Of a stretch of DNA of 64,000 bases, positions 14,844 through 30,276 are shown one piece after another. The notes beneath the pieces were generated by a model. It saw only the letters and a program-made list of their open reading frames with translations. It ran no database searches and was not told where the DNA came from. Each line of letters begins with the position of its first letter. Position 1 is the stretch's first letter. The translations under genes were made by a program, and so were the position numbers. This DNA is from Eledone cirrhosa (taxonomy: Eukaryota), in assembly GCA_964016885.1 (NCBI GenBank), contig OZ024740.1:144336001-144400000 (forward strand), given 5' to 3'.

Positions 14844-17800
14844 ATGTATATATATGTATATATATGTATATGTATATATATATATGTATATACATATATA
14901 TACATATACATATATATATATGTATATGTATATATGGCCTCAGCCGGATGGCTGAAACAGGTAAAATAAAAGAGTATACATATATATATATATGTATATA
15001 CATATACATACACACACATATATATATATACACACATATATATATACACACATATATATATATACACATATATATATATACACATATATATATATACACA
15101 CATATATATATACACACATATATATATACACACATATATATATACACACATATATATATACACACATATATATATACACACATATATATATACACACATA
15201 TATATATACACACATATATATATACACACATATATATATACACACATATATATATACACATATATATATATACACATATATATATATACACATATATATA
15301 TATACACATATATATATACACACATATATATATACACACATATATATACACATATATATATATACACATATATATATATACACATATATATATATACACA
15401 TATATATATATACACATATATATATATACACATATATATATATACACATATATATATATACACATATATATATATACACATATATATATATACACATATA
15501 TATATATACACATATATATATATACACATATACATACACATATATATATATACACATATATATATACACATATATATATATACACATACACATATACATA
15601 TACACATATATATATACACATATACACATATATACACATACACATACACATATATATATACACATATACACATATATATATACACATATACACATATATA
15701 TATACACATATACACATATATATATACACATATACACATATATATATACACATATACACATATATATATACACATATACACATATATATATACACATATA
15801 CACATATATATATACACATATACACATATATATATACACATATACACATATATATATACACATATACACATATATATATACACATATACACATATATATA
15901 TACACATATACACATATATATATACACATATACACATATATATACACACATATACACATATATATATACACATATATATATATATACACATATATATATA
16001 TACACATATATATATATACACATATATATATATACACATATATATATATACACATATATATATATACACATATATATATATACACATATATATATATACA
16101 CATATACACATATATATATATACACATATATATATATACACATACACATATACACATATATATACACATACACATATACACATATATATATATATACACA
16201 TACACATATATATATATACACATATACACATATACATATATACACATATACACATATACATATATACACATATACACATATACATATATACACATATACA
16301 CATATACATATATACACATATACACATATATATATACACATATACACATATACACATATATACACATATATATATATACACATATACACATATATATATA
16401 TACACATATATATATATATATACACATATATATATATATACACACATATATATATATATACACACATATATATATATATACACACATATATATATATATA
16501 CACACATATATATATATATACACATATACACATATATATACACACATATATATATATATACACACATATATATATATATACACATATACACATATATATA
16601 TACACATATATATATATATACACACATATATATATATATACACATATACACATATATATATATATACATATACACATATATATATATATACATATACACA
16701 TATACACATATATATATACACATATATATATATACACATATATATATATACACATATATATATACACATATATATATACACATATATATATATACACATA
16801 TATATATATACACATATATATATATACATATATATATATACACATATATATATATACACATATATATATATACACATATATATATATACACATATATATA
16901 TATACACATATATATATATACACATATATATATATACACACATATATATACACATATATATATACACATATATATATACACACATATATATACACACATA
17001 TATATACACACATATATATATATATACACATATATATATATACACATATATATATATACACATATACACATATATATATATATACACATATATATATACA
17101 CACATATATATATACACACATATATATATACACACATATATATATACACACATATATATATACACACATATATATATACACACATATATATATACACACA
17201 TATATATACACACATATATATATATACACATATATATATACACACATATATATATATACACATATATATATACACACATATATATATATACACATATATA
17301 TATACACACATATATATATATACACATATATATATATACACATATATATATACACACATATATATATACACACATATATATATACACACATATATATATA
17401 CACACATATATATATACACACATATATATATACACACATATATATATATACACATATATATATATACACATATATATATATACACATATATATATATACA
17501 CATATATATATATACACATATATATATATACACATATATATATATACACATATATATATATACACATATATATATACACATATATATATACACATATATA
17601 CACATATATATATATATATATACACATATATATATACACACATATATATACACACATATACACACATACACATACACATATACACATACATATACACATA
17701 CATATATATACACATATATATATATACACATATATATATATACACATATATATATATACACATATATATATATACACATATATATATATACACATATATA

Positions 17801-20641
17801 TATATACACATATATATATACACATATATATATATACACATATATATATATACACATATATATATATACACATATATATATATACACATATATATATATA
17901 CACATATATATATACACATATATATATACACATATATATATACACATATATATATACACATATATATATATACACATATATATATATACACATATATATA
18001 TATACAAATATATATATATACACATATATATATACACATATATATATATACACATATATATATATACACATATATATATATACACATATATATATATACA
18101 CACATATATATATACACACATATATATATACACACATATATATATATACACATATATATATATACACATATATATATATACACATATATATATATACACA
18201 TATATATATATACACATATATATATATATATACACATATATATATATATATATACACATATATATATATATATACACATATATATATATATACACATATA
18301 TATATATATACACACATATATATATATATACACACATATATATATATATACACACATATATATATATATACACATATATATATATATACACATATATATA
18401 TATATACACATATATATATATATACACATATATATATATATACACATATATATATATATACACATATATATATATATACACATATATATATATATACACA
18501 TATATATATATATACACATATATATATATATACACATATATATATATATACACATATATATATATATACACATATATATATATATACACATATATATATA
18601 TATACACATATATATATACATACACATATATATATACATACACATATATATATATACACATATATATATATATACACATATATATATATACACATATATA
18701 TATATACACATATATATATATACACATATATATATATACACATATATATATACACATATATATATACATACACATATATATATATACACATATATATATA
18801 TACACATATATATATACACACATATATATATACACACATATATATATACACACATATATATATATACACACATATATATATATACACACACATATATATA
18901 TACACACATATATATATATACACACACATATATATATACACACATATATATATATACACACATATATATATATACACACATATATATATATACACACATA
19001 TATATATATACACACATATATATATATACACACATATATATATATACACATATATATACACACATATATATACACACATATATATACACACATATATATA
19101 TACACATATATATAATCACATATATATATATACACACATATATATATATACACATATATATATATACACACATATATATATATACACACATATATATATA
19201 TACACATATATATATATACACATATATATATATACACATATATATATACACATATATATATACACATATATATATATACACATATATATATACACATATA
19301 TATATATACACATATACACACATATACACATATATATATATACACATATATATATATACACATATACACATATATATATATACACATATACACATATACA
19401 CATATATATATACACATATACATATATATATATATACACATATACATATATATATATATACACACATATACACATATATATATATACACATATATATATA
19501 TACACATATATATATATACACATATATATATACACATATATATATACACATATATATATACACATATATATATACACATATATATATACACATATATATA
19601 TACACATATATATATACACATATATATACACATATATATATACACATATATATATACACATATATATATACACATATATATATACACATATATATATACA
19701 CATATATACCTATACACATATACCTATACACATATACGCACACGCACATGCACACGTATATATACATATACATGTATATATACATATACATGTATATATA
19801 CATATACATGTATATATACATATACATGTATATATACATATACATGTATATATACATATACATGTATATATACATATACATGTATATATACATATACATG
19901 TATATATACATATACATATACATATACATGTATATATATACATATACATGTATATATATACATATACATGTATATATATATATATACATGTATATATATA
20001 CATGTATATATACATGTATATATACATGTATATATACATGTATATATACATGTATATATACATGTATATATACATGTATATATATACATGTATATATATA
20101 TACATGTATATATATATACATGTATATATATATACATGTATATATATACATGTATATATATACATGTATATATATATACATGTATATATATACATGTATA
20201 TATATACATGTATATATATACATGTATATATATACATGTATATATATACATGTATATATATACATGTATATATATACATGTATATATACATGTATATATA
20301 CATGTATATATACATGTATATATACATGTATATATACATGTATATATACATGTATATATACATGTATATATACATGTATATATACATGTATATATACATG
20401 TATATATACATGTATATATACATGTATATATACATGTATATATACATGTATATATACATGTATATATACATGTATATATACATGTATATATACATATATA
20501 TATACATATATATATACATGTATATATACATATATATATACATATATATATACATATATATACATATACATATATATATACATATACATATACATATACA
20601 TATATATATATATATACATATACATATACATATATATATAT

Positions 20642-20688
<47 letters not shown>

Positions 20689-20925
20689 TATATACATGTA
20701 TATATACATGTATATATACATGTATATATACATGTATATATACATGTATATATACATGTATATATACATGTATATATACATGTATATATACATGTATATA
20801 TACATGTATATATACATGTATATATACATGTATATATACATATATATATACATATATATATACATATATATACATATACATATATATATACATATATATA
20901 TACATATATATACATATACATATAC

Positions 20926-20957
<32 letters not shown>

Positions 20958-20961
20958 ATAC

Positions 20962-20993
<32 letters not shown>

Positions 20994-21133
20994 ATACATA
21001 TACATATATATATACATATACATATACATATATATATACATATATATATACATATATATATACATATATATATACATATATATATACATATATATATACA
21101 TATATATATACATATATATATACATATATATAT
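14844..21133. repeat. ~6.3-kb compound TA/CA array with changing higher-order units
   Basis: (TA)nCACA units of 14-20 bp up to ~19700, then TATATACATG-type units, then (TA)nCA; a 40-bp SINE-tail-like island lies at ~14934-14975. Confidence 0.95.
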
Positions 21134-22414
21134 AGAAATTCCAAACATGGAAGCACGGCCTAGAGTCAAAAGGACTTAAAATTAACCTGGCTAAGACCAA
21201 AGTTCTAGTTTGTAGGAAAGAAAACAAGGCGGCGGTCCCTTCTGGGAAATGGTCGTGCTCGGTATGTAGGAAAGGCGTAGGTAGAAACTCCATCTTATGT
21301 CCTAAATGCAAAGTATGGGTGCATAAAAGATGTAGTGGGATCACAGGTAAGCTAACTAAGAACATAGACTTTACATGTGGCCGGTGTTCTGGTGCAATAA
21401 GTAGCAGCAAGTGCCCACAAAATACTAGCTCTTTCAATTGCGCAGAGGGTTCTATAGAAATAGTGGACAGCTTCCGTTACCTGGGCGATAAAATCAGCAG
21501 TGGGGGAGGGTGCTCTGAAAGTACTGTAGCTAGAGTCAGAACTGGTTGGAAAAAGTTCAGAGAGCTTATACCACTATTAGCTGCTAAAGGGTTCTCCCTA
21601 AAAATGAAAGGCAGGTTGTACGATGCCTGCATACGAACAGCAATGTTGCATGGTAGTGAGACCTGGGCATTGTGTGCAGAGGATATACGCAGACTAGAGA
21701 GGAACGAAGCTTGCATGCTCCGCTGGATGTGTAACAGTAATATACGTGAACGGCAAAGCATAAACGAACTAAGGAAAAAATTAGAGATAAGAGGGATCAG
21801 ATGTTGTTTACTCGAGAGAAGGCTGCGTTGGTATGGACACGTGATGCGCATGAAAGTCGATAGCTGTATTACAAAGTGCAGGGCAATAAAGATAGACGGT
21901 AGCCACGGAATAGGCAGACCTAGAAAAACATGGGATGAGCTGATAAACTCCGACCTCACACACTTACACCTCTCCAAGACAATGTCACTGGACCGTGACC
22001 TTTGGCGGTACTCAGTAACAGAGAAGACCCGCCTTGCCAGTAGGCATATCTAACAAAATACACCCCTCCCGCCGCCACCCCCACCACATCCACACCACCC
22101 CGTTCTATGTAAAGTTATGTTGGTGCCGCGCCATCCAGGCCGAAACAAATGAGATCGTGTAGGTGTCACGACAAAAAAACACACAGTCCACGCTGTAATG
22201 TGGCCGTGTAGGCAACACGGTAAAAACCTCCCAGACCCACACTGTAAATGTGGTTGGTGTTAGGAAGGGCATCCAACTGTAGAAAACCTGCCAGACAGTC
22301 CTATGCGAGCAAGACAATCACTCTTGCCTCAAGTGGGACTACCCCCGTCCAAACCCATGCAAGCGTGGAACACGGACGTTAAACGTTGATGATGATGATG
22401 ATGATGATGATGAT
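21134..22414 (+). mobile_element. 5'-truncated RTE LINE, subfamily A, near-identical to 8064-9337
   Basis: ORF 21319-22053; shares the RLASRH C-terminal deletion variant with the 995-aa copy; (GAT)n tail; TA arrays on both sides. Confidence 0.96.
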
Positions 22415-22570
22415 ACATATATATATACATATATATATACATATATATATACATATATATATACATATATATATACATATACACATATATATATACATAT
22501 ATACATATACATATATATATACATATACATATACATATACATATATATATACATATACATATACATATAC

Positions 22571-22605
<35 letters not shown>

Positions 22606-22950
22606 CATATACATATACATATATATATACATATACATATATATATACATATACATATACATATACATATATATATATACATATACATATATATATACAT
22701 ATACATATATATATACATATACATATATATATACATATACATATATATATACATATACATATATATATACATATACATATACATATATATACATGTACAT
22801 GTATATATACATATACATATGTATACATATGTATGATATATATATATATAGATAGATAAATAGATAGATATATTTCTTTATTAGCCACAGGGGCACAAAA
22901 GATAAATAGATAGATAGATAGATAGATATCTACACACACACACACAGATA
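22415..22950. repeat. (TA)/(CATA)/(GATA) microsatellite
   Basis: Direct reading. Confidence 0.9.
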
Positions 22951-23060
22951 AATTGTAGGTCACTTATTATTGTAGGTCATTTATTATTCAAAAAACTTCT
23001 TGCCAATAAACGTTAACCCTTTGTGCGCCATTCATCTAACTGTAGACCAACAAATACCAA

Positions 23061-23148
23061 GTAAACGGAGCGTTGACAAGAACGATGGCAAATGAATCTT
23101 CGAGGTAAACGGAGCGTTGACAAGAACGATGGCAAATGAATCTTCGAG
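23061..23148 (+). repeat. Perfect 44-bp tandem duplication
   Basis: GTAAACGGAGCGTTGACAAGAACGATGGCAAATGAATCTTCGAG x2. Confidence 0.95.
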
Positions 23149-23664
23149 GTAAGCAGTTTCCTCCCGAGCTGTTAGTTCACGTGGTATTCTCTGCTACACC
23201 TTTTCGTAATAATACCGAACGTACTGCTGGTCACTCCTTCGCTGCTCTCAACATTAATGGGATCTTCTGAAACTAAAAGATTTAATCTGAACGCAGAAGT
23301 AAATATTTCGAGAAACGTTGCAATCGAAGGAAAACAGGAAGCCGATATTTTGGTTTTCGAAGACGTTCGCGGGTAATGAACGGAAAAAAAGCGAGGATAA
23401 TACGTCGTTATGTGGACCGAGAAAAACTATTTCATGCAAAGACAAGACCAAGTTTATGGTATAAATGGAGTCGTTAGACTAATATTCTATTTAAAATAAC
23501 AATGATTTCCAGTCCCGGAGTTTAAGAATGATGTAAATAAAATTGAAAAACGAAAATGACAGAGGTTATTAAAATAGTAAAAGTAAATAGTGAAGATTTA
23601 GGCCAGTACATACGTATGCCCCGACAGACATACACACACACACAAATACATACACACCCACACA

Positions 23665-24103
23665 CACGCGTATATATAAACCTTATGCATTTCTACAGTA
23701 TTTTCACCAAACTTAAGACAGGTTACTTATGTACTCCAGATGGTCATGGGCACTTTTATTTTTCCAGATATTGATTATAGGGCCTCCTGGCAGATAACCC
23801 CCTTTAACCATTTCCTTGGAGTCGACTGAAGCACTGCAGTGCAATGCAACAAAACGTCATAACTTCTAGAGTTCGCAACCGATTTTCACAAAACTTTACA
23901 CATGGGCTACGTTTTTCCTAAAGATGAATGTGAACTCTCAGAATTGGCACATATTGAGTAGGGGACTCCTGAGGGTAGGAACTCCCTTTTGGAAAAAGCC
24001 GATTTTGTAAAAGTATAGTTTTCGAACAACACTGAAGTATTGACATAAATGGTATACACAACTGCTATTTAATACCCCGAGCAACGCCGGGTACCTCTGC
24101 TAG
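23665..24103 (+). mobile_element. Non-autonomous Helitron (5' end uncertain)
   Basis: 3' GC-rich hairpin CCCGAGCAACGCCGGG followed by CTGCTAG, the same terminus as at 29032, 45222 and 46196. Confidence 0.65.
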
Positions 24104-24400
24104 AGTTATATAAAAATAAATTATATTTGCTTGCTGTGTTGCTAAGTAGCAAATGGCTAATTTGATATGAAAAGGATTTTAAAAATTCATTTGGTATCAC
24201 CCCTTCAAAATATTCATTACTATTTTATTATATTTTATTTTTTCAATATGTTAACACGAGTTAAACATGCTTTCGTGCCCCCACTTTTTGCATTATCCTG
24301 TAGAATTTCCATTGTGAATTCATGTGAAAGCACACTTTAAGTCTTGTTTCCATCTTACTGTATGTATTCATGTGAAAACTGTGCAATAGGTTTCTCAGTT

Positions 24401-24720
24401 CAGGCATGTGGTGTAGTGGTTAGGGTGTTCAACTCATGATTGTACAGGTTTTGGCTCAATTCCTGGCAACGTGTGTTCCTGAGCAAGACACTATTTCATG
24501 ATGCTCCAGCCCATCAGCTGTCAAAAATAAGTTGTATCTGTAATTCAAAGGACCAGCCATATCACAGTGTGTCAAGCTGGATCGCCTTGAGAATTACATT
24601 AAAGTGCTGTGCCACTTTCACAGTAATTTTGCAAGAAGGCTGTTCCATTGTTGTTTTAACAACTGGTACACTTGTTGGAACAGTCAGTGGTCTAACAACA
24701 ACTTTCCATATAAACTGAAT
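24401..24720 (+). mobile_element. tRNA-derived SINE
   Basis: A-box-like TGGTGTAGTGG, degenerate B-box GGCTCAATTCC, core CCTGAGCAAGACACT. Confidence 0.65.
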
Positions 24721-25032
24721 GATAAGGTTTAGAAAACCTCTTGGTAAAGTGATAGCTTATAGTAAGACCATGGAAATTTTCTCAGAGTTTAGAACTTAAA
24801 AGAAACCCTAATCTTATATTATCATAAGGTCTAACCTTCAAGCAGTTTAAATTTAGAAAATATATATAGTTATATATATATACAATTGTCATGAGTTCAA
24901 CAACCACATGATTTTGGGTTTAATACCACTGCATTGTACCTTGGGTAAGTGACTACTATAAACTTGGGCTGAATAATGTGCCTAGTGAGTGAATTTGGTA
25001 AACAGAAATGGAGAGTGAGAGCATACACACAC

Positions 25033-25156
25033 TTGTTTCCGAAGAAGACGGTCTGATCGAACCTATATATGAGGTCTGATAGTATACAGTTATATAACTG
25101 CTATAGATCAGGCAATATGTCAATATGATCAACGCTCCGAAACGATTGTAAAACAA
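25033..25156 (+). ncRNA. Type-I hammerhead ribozyme motif with long branched stem II and CCGAAGA core
   Basis: TTGTTT-CCGAAGA-AGACGGTCTGATC...GATCAACGCTCC-GAAA-CGATTG-TA-AAACAA: 6-bp stem I, internal hairpin CAGTTATATAACTG; (TA)n lies 60 bp downstream. Confidence 0.72.
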
Positions 25157-25548
25157 CGATATGAATAGTTACAACTTGACTTTGTTGTTTATATTTTCAC
25201 TGTTAATTTAATACCAATATATATATATATATATATATGCAGACTGGTATTTACCTATATACAGTAGGACCAATAATGCTGTTAGAACTCCATGTAGTAC
25301 ATATATAAATATCCCAAAGAAGCATGGTGAAGAATGCTTTTGTTTTTGTTGAAGAATGGCATCTTATATGTTCAATAGAACTAAAGAATCAAAAATATAA
25401 GTTGCACTAAACCTCGTCTTTTTGTTTTCATTGTTCAACATATTGTTTTCCCTACTTGCATGTTAGACAGCTGTTGCATGCTGAGGCCTGACTGGTCAGG
25501 TGACTAGATCCTACTCATACACTGTTTTGTCTCGATTTCAACCATTTA

Positions 25549-26110
25549 AAAAGCTGGTCAGTATCCAAAGTATTGCTTTGTATCTGGTGGGATTGGAAGG
25601 GTATTATATATTATGAGCTTTTTCCATGAAACCAGACATCAAATTCACACTATCATTGCTCTCAATCAGACCAATTAAAGGAGGTAATCGATGAAAAACG
25701 TCCAGAATTGGCAAACTGGAAGAGTATGGTCATACATCAGGGTAACGCTAGACCACACGTTTCTTTGCAGACCCGGCAGAAATCGCTACAGCTCTGCTGG
25801 AATGTCCTACAGCACTCACCGTATTCACCTCACCTTGCATCTTCAGATTATCATTTATTCTGATCCTCAGAAAATTTTTTAATGGGAAGAACTTTGATTC
25901 TTTAGAAGACTGCAAAAAAGTAAAAAACAGCTAGACCAGTTCATGACTGAGAAAGATGCCATGTTCTGGGTGGATGAGATCATGAGGTTGGCTCAAAAGT
26001 GGTGGAATAAATGGATAATATGTGGTTGAATAAAGATATGTACAACTATTTAAATATTGGTAATGAATTTCACTTTAAAAAATGCTACAGACTTTTGTTA
26101 CAATCCTATA
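25549..26110 (+). mobile_element. Degenerate mariner transposon, 3' half of the transposase plus 3' TIR
   Basis: Translates to KVLLCIWWDWKGIIYYEL, HQGNARPHVS, HSPYSPHLASSDYHLF (mariner YSPDLAPSD motif) with stops; ends ACTTTTGTTACAATCCTATA-TA. Confidence 0.9.
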
Positions 26111-26730
26111 TCATCATTTTACATCAGCTTTTCCCTGCTTGCAAGGGTGGGACAGGTCCTATTCAGCACAGCATCTCTCCATTCGTCACGGTCCTTCGTC
26201 ATCTCCTCTGTGAGCTTCAGCAATCTGAGGTCTGCTCTCACCACTTCCGCTCATGTTTTTCGTGGTCTTCCTCTAGTGCGTCTTCCTACCACTGACATTT
26301 CTTGGCACATCTTTACCCAGCGGTCATCCTCCATGCGCATCACATGTCCATACCATCTCAGTCTTCTCTCTTGCACACTACAACTTATCCCTCTCAGACA
26401 CAGTTTCTCTCTCAACACATCCATGCTCGGTCGTTCACTCACATTGACATTGCACATCCAACGGGGCATGCTTGCCTCATTTCTCTCCAGCCGTCACATA
26501 TCCTCTGCAGTTGCTGCCCATGTCTCCCTACCATGCAGCATCGCGCAGCTCCCTAAACTTCTTCCAACCCGTCCTTATTCTAGATACTATTGCCTCGGAA
26601 CACCCCCCTCCCATGCTAATCTGATCACCTAGGTACCGGAAGCTATCAACCACTTTTATAGAACCTGCCGGCATTTGAAAAATGTCTATCAATGCGACTT
26701 CTGTCAAATTTCCCTGTACATCTACTGCAT
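26111..26730 (-). mobile_element. Degenerate RTE LINE 3' fragment, subfamily C
   Basis: [34 protein letters not shown]; tail matches 37920-37975. Confidence 0.9.
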
Positions 26731-26747
26731 ACGTATTTATACACACA

Positions 26748-26918
26748 CAAGGGTGGGCTGGAAAGTTCATACGCTGACTATGAAGGAGTGGTGCTAGAGC
26801 TGAAATTTTGCATATGTTCATTTCAACCCTTAATAATTGCATTGTTTCTTTCCAGGGACGATGTTGAAAAATAAACCTCACTTCGTTATCCCATGAGATC
26901 TTTGTCCACCAATGAACT

Positions 26919-26923
<5 letters not shown>
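26748..26923. mobile_element. Short mariner-type MITE
   Basis: Terminal inverted match GAAAGTTCAT / ATGAACTTTTC; TA context. Confidence 0.5.
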
Positions 26924-26954
<31 letters not shown>

Positions 26955-26955
<1 letters not shown>

Positions 26956-27480
26956 TATGCGAAGGTAGATAAGGTTTTGTTTATGTATATCCGGAATGAA
27001 TGTTTAAACAAAAAAAGCTGCTTACCAGAAAGTTTGACTCGACGGTATCCTTTGAATCATATAGTATAAATATCCGAGCAGGTGAATATGGTATATAGGT
27101 CCACAAGAGATCACGGAGTATATTAGTATAAACAAATATTGCACCAAGAAAAATAAAACGTTGGCGTAAAGAGATTATGAATTTATTTGCTTTGACATAT
27201 GTTTCTGTGTCTATTATAAATTGTCTACATATGCTGACTACAATATATATTGTTCAATCACATGTAATAATCATTATATGGTGAACAGTTGAATTCCATT
27301 ACTATAGGCTTTCTGATGAAGTGTAATAAATAATTAAGTATTGCATATGATTGAACAATATATATTATAGTCAGCATATGTAGACAATTTATAATAGACA
27401 CAGAAATATATGTCAAAGCAAATAAATTCATAATCTCTTCACGCCGATGTTTTATATTTCTTGGTGCAACACTTGATTTT
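26955..27480. mobile_element. Penelope-like fold-back element (arms ~27139-27268 and 27340-27469)
   Basis: Inverted repeat of ~130 bp, hammerhead at 27308-27419, (TA)n on both sides. Confidence 0.72.
27308..27419 (+). ncRNA. Type-I hammerhead ribozyme motif with ~80-nt stem II domain
   Basis: GCTTT-CTGATGA-AGTGT...ACACA-GAAA-TATATG-TC-AAAGC; the inverted arm keeps the palindromic stem III CATATG. Confidence 0.75.
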
Positions 27481-27497
27481 ATATATATATATATATA

Positions 27498-29032
27498 TCG
27501 TCTTTGTATTTCTTTTGAAAGATTTGTTTATGTTCTACATGCATGCGTGCGTGCGTGCGTGCGTGCGTGCGCGTGTGCGCGCGCGCGCGCGCGCGTGCGT
27601 ACAACTTTGCATGCTTAAGGCTTTCACAATTACCAACTGAATTTTACCAAATTTTTTGTGCACGTTGCACAGGTCGCTAAGATTGTCACATCAAACATTT
27701 TTCAAATCGACCCACGTTGAGCAATAAAAAAAAAAAAATAAATAAAAAAAAAAATAAAATCGATATCAAAATTATCGGTAGAAAAATTGATGTAATGGAG
27801 ATAAACTTTATTGACAATCCTTATAAAAAAGGGAAATAACCAACTTTTCAGAGATATAAACATCACATTCATTTGAAGATAAATCACTAATATTATCGTT
27901 TGTTTCTTGTTTATTCTTTGTTGCACTTTCAAAGTTAAAAAAACACTTGCTTTAACTTGTTTCACTATATTAAGTGTTAATTTTCGCATCACGGTTAGCT
28001 GTATTAACGATCAGCTTCTTCAGCTTCTTGCTGGATGTCCACGGATATATAAATCTATTGATACTGTATGTGATCCACAGGATGCGGTCAATTATCCAGT
28101 TGAATTTCTAAATTCTTTAAATCCTCCTGGTTTACCTCCTAATACATTGGTTCTGAAAGAGGGAACACCAGTTATTTTGCTGAGAAATATTACTCCTCCA
28201 AAACTATGCAATGGTACACACCTTGTGGTTAAAAAACTGTCTCCACTTAGTATTGACGCTACCATTCTATCCGGATGTAGAAAAGACGAGGATGTGATAA
28301 CAAAAATTAGCCTGACTACATCAGGCGTGGATACTCCCTTCTCCTTTCGCCGAACCCAATTTCCCCTCCGTGTTGCCTTTGCGATGTCCATAAACAAGTC
28401 GCAAGGTCAAACTGTCCATCGCTGGAATTCAGTTGGATGAACCTTGCTTTTCGCCAGGACAATTCTACGTTGCCTGCTCACGAGTTGGCAGTCGAGCTAA
28501 TCTCTTTGCGTTTGTTCCGAAAAGAAAAACAAAGAATATCGTCTTTCCTGAAGTGCTTTAGTGTTAACAAAAAAACTTATTACAGCTCTGCCTTGACTTC
28601 ACCTTACAAAACATACCAATGAATATGTCATGCAGGATATTTTGGATTATAAGTTAAAAATTTAACCATACACAACAAAGGATGCTCTCAAAGAATAGAT
28701 TTTCTCTTATTCTACTCTCATTGTTTTTTTGTTTGTATACAACTGTTTTCATTACAACTTTTTGTACTTTAGCAAAACTGCCTGTTTTTTTACAGATTTT
28801 TTACAGATGTATTGTCTTTAATCATTTGTATAACTACATCCTGTTCAGTGTTTTCCTTCATTATCAGCATAGTTTTATGTGTACAAAGATTGCACTAAAT
28901 ATTCGTTTGCATTAATTATTGAAGACTTCTGCTGATTTTGACAGGTTGGGGACAAATAATGTTCTTTTACTTCCTAGCTGTATATTCTTAGCATAATTTC
29001 AAACCCTGAGCAACGCCAGGTAAATCTGCTAG
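27498..29032 (+). mobile_element. Internally deleted Helitron
   Basis: PIF1-like helicase fragment inside; 3' hairpin CCTGAGCAACGCCAGG then CTGCTAG-T; 5' end approximate. Confidence 0.8.
27990..28560 (+). pseudogene. Helitron RepHel PIF1-family helicase C-terminal fragment
   Basis: YPVEFLNSLNPPGLPPNTLVLKEGTPVILLRN...LCNGT...RTQFPLRVAFAMSINKSQGQT, then after a frameshift GQFYVACSRV. Confidence 0.9.
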
Positions 29033-29754
29033 TAAGCCAATATATCCTAAATCAGTTCAATGAAAAGTGGGTGTTATATACCAGACTTATAAATAAAGTA
29101 TGGCTTAATGTTAGGAAGGGCACCCAGTTATAGAAAAGCTGCCCCCAAAAGTCTCATCCAACAACAGAAAAGGCTGACACAAAAATATAAATGGTGACAT
29201 TTTTCTTTCAAGAAAAATACATTCAGATGCTCACAAAAATACAATCAATGCTCACAAGAGGCACTATCTGGTATTTGCAATTATTTTGATAGAAGCATTT
29301 ACTTAAGAGTAATAATTGAACAAAATTTACAGTATTTTTTAAAATATACAATTTTTAAATGCATATAACAAAATAGTTTTCATGATATGTGTATGGATGC
29401 ATGCATAAGTACATATAAACATGTATTTATTGTTCACTTTTTCATACTGGCATGGTTTACACATGAGTACTATACAGCTTTCATTCTAAGTATCTTGAGA
29501 GTGTCAAATTATGTAATAAGCCTGACCTTCAACAGTTTTGTTATCTCTCAGATATTCTTTAAACTGTGATATGTAACCAGTGTCAACAATTTCCAGTCAT
29601 TTACATTATAAAACTTCAGGAAAATCATTGATTTTTACTGCAATTTTGCTTCTTATATTTTGAAAAATTAAAAAAATATGCAATGTTTAAGTGGGTCACA
29701 TTAATTAGCAGCTATACTAATGCAGCAAACAATGCTTAAAGACTGAGAAAATAA

Positions 29755-29890
29755 TTGTTTCTACTTTAGGCACAAGGCCAGCAATTACTGGTGCTTTATT
29801 TTATCGACCCCGTAGGATGAAAGGCAAAGTTAACCTCGGCGATATTTGAACTCAGACTCTAAGGGGCCGTAACTATGCTGCAAAGCATGG
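29755..29890 (-). mobile_element. tRNA-derived SINE (same family as 43741 and 60720)
   Basis: Reverse complement of GAGTTCAAAT...CTTTGCCTTTCATCC...GGCCTTGTGCCTAAA. Confidence 0.75.
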
Positions 29891-30083
29891 CATCCGACCT
29901 ACCGATACTGAGATTTCACAAAGTGTTCAGTTGACCTAAGAACAACCCACACCTGCATGCATACATATATTACTGGTTTATTGTTTACAAGGCTTTGCTA
30001 TGTTTCTTCACGTCTTGAGAGCTGTATTTGCTAATCTTAGTTTATCTATTGGTTCTTTTGCTTACTCCATTACATATTATTTA

Positions 30084-30276
30084 TCCCGTTAGCACTTAAA
30101 CCAGCCAGAATTGTCTCACCTCTTTCTGTTCAAACTGGCCATAACTGGCTGTTCATACTTACGTTAAGTATTGTTCTAAAAATAAAAAATATCAAAATCT
30201 CGTTGATTCTATATTATGTGAGATAGTGTTTACTGTGAAAATACAATAGTAAATATAGAGTAATGTAAATGGTTAG
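30084..30276 (-). mobile_element. Degenerate copy of the TTAA MITE family
   Basis: Internal similarity to 38503-38713. Confidence 0.7.

Noticed and set aside
14822-21437. Very long ORFs (up to 2104 aa) of Y/I/C/V/H/T, and similar ORFs at 2.7-3.8, 7.2-8.1, 11.4-14.4 and 22.3-23 kb
   Set aside because: They are translations of TA/CA microsatellites that lack stop codons, not genes.
24401-24480. tRNA genes (also at 31880-31950 and 60720-60810)
   Set aside because: Only A/B-box remnants with no cloverleaf, continuing into SINE bodies.
27907-28440. Host PIF1 helicase gene
   Set aside because: Intronless, frameshifted fragment upstream of a Helitron 3' hairpin and CTAG end.
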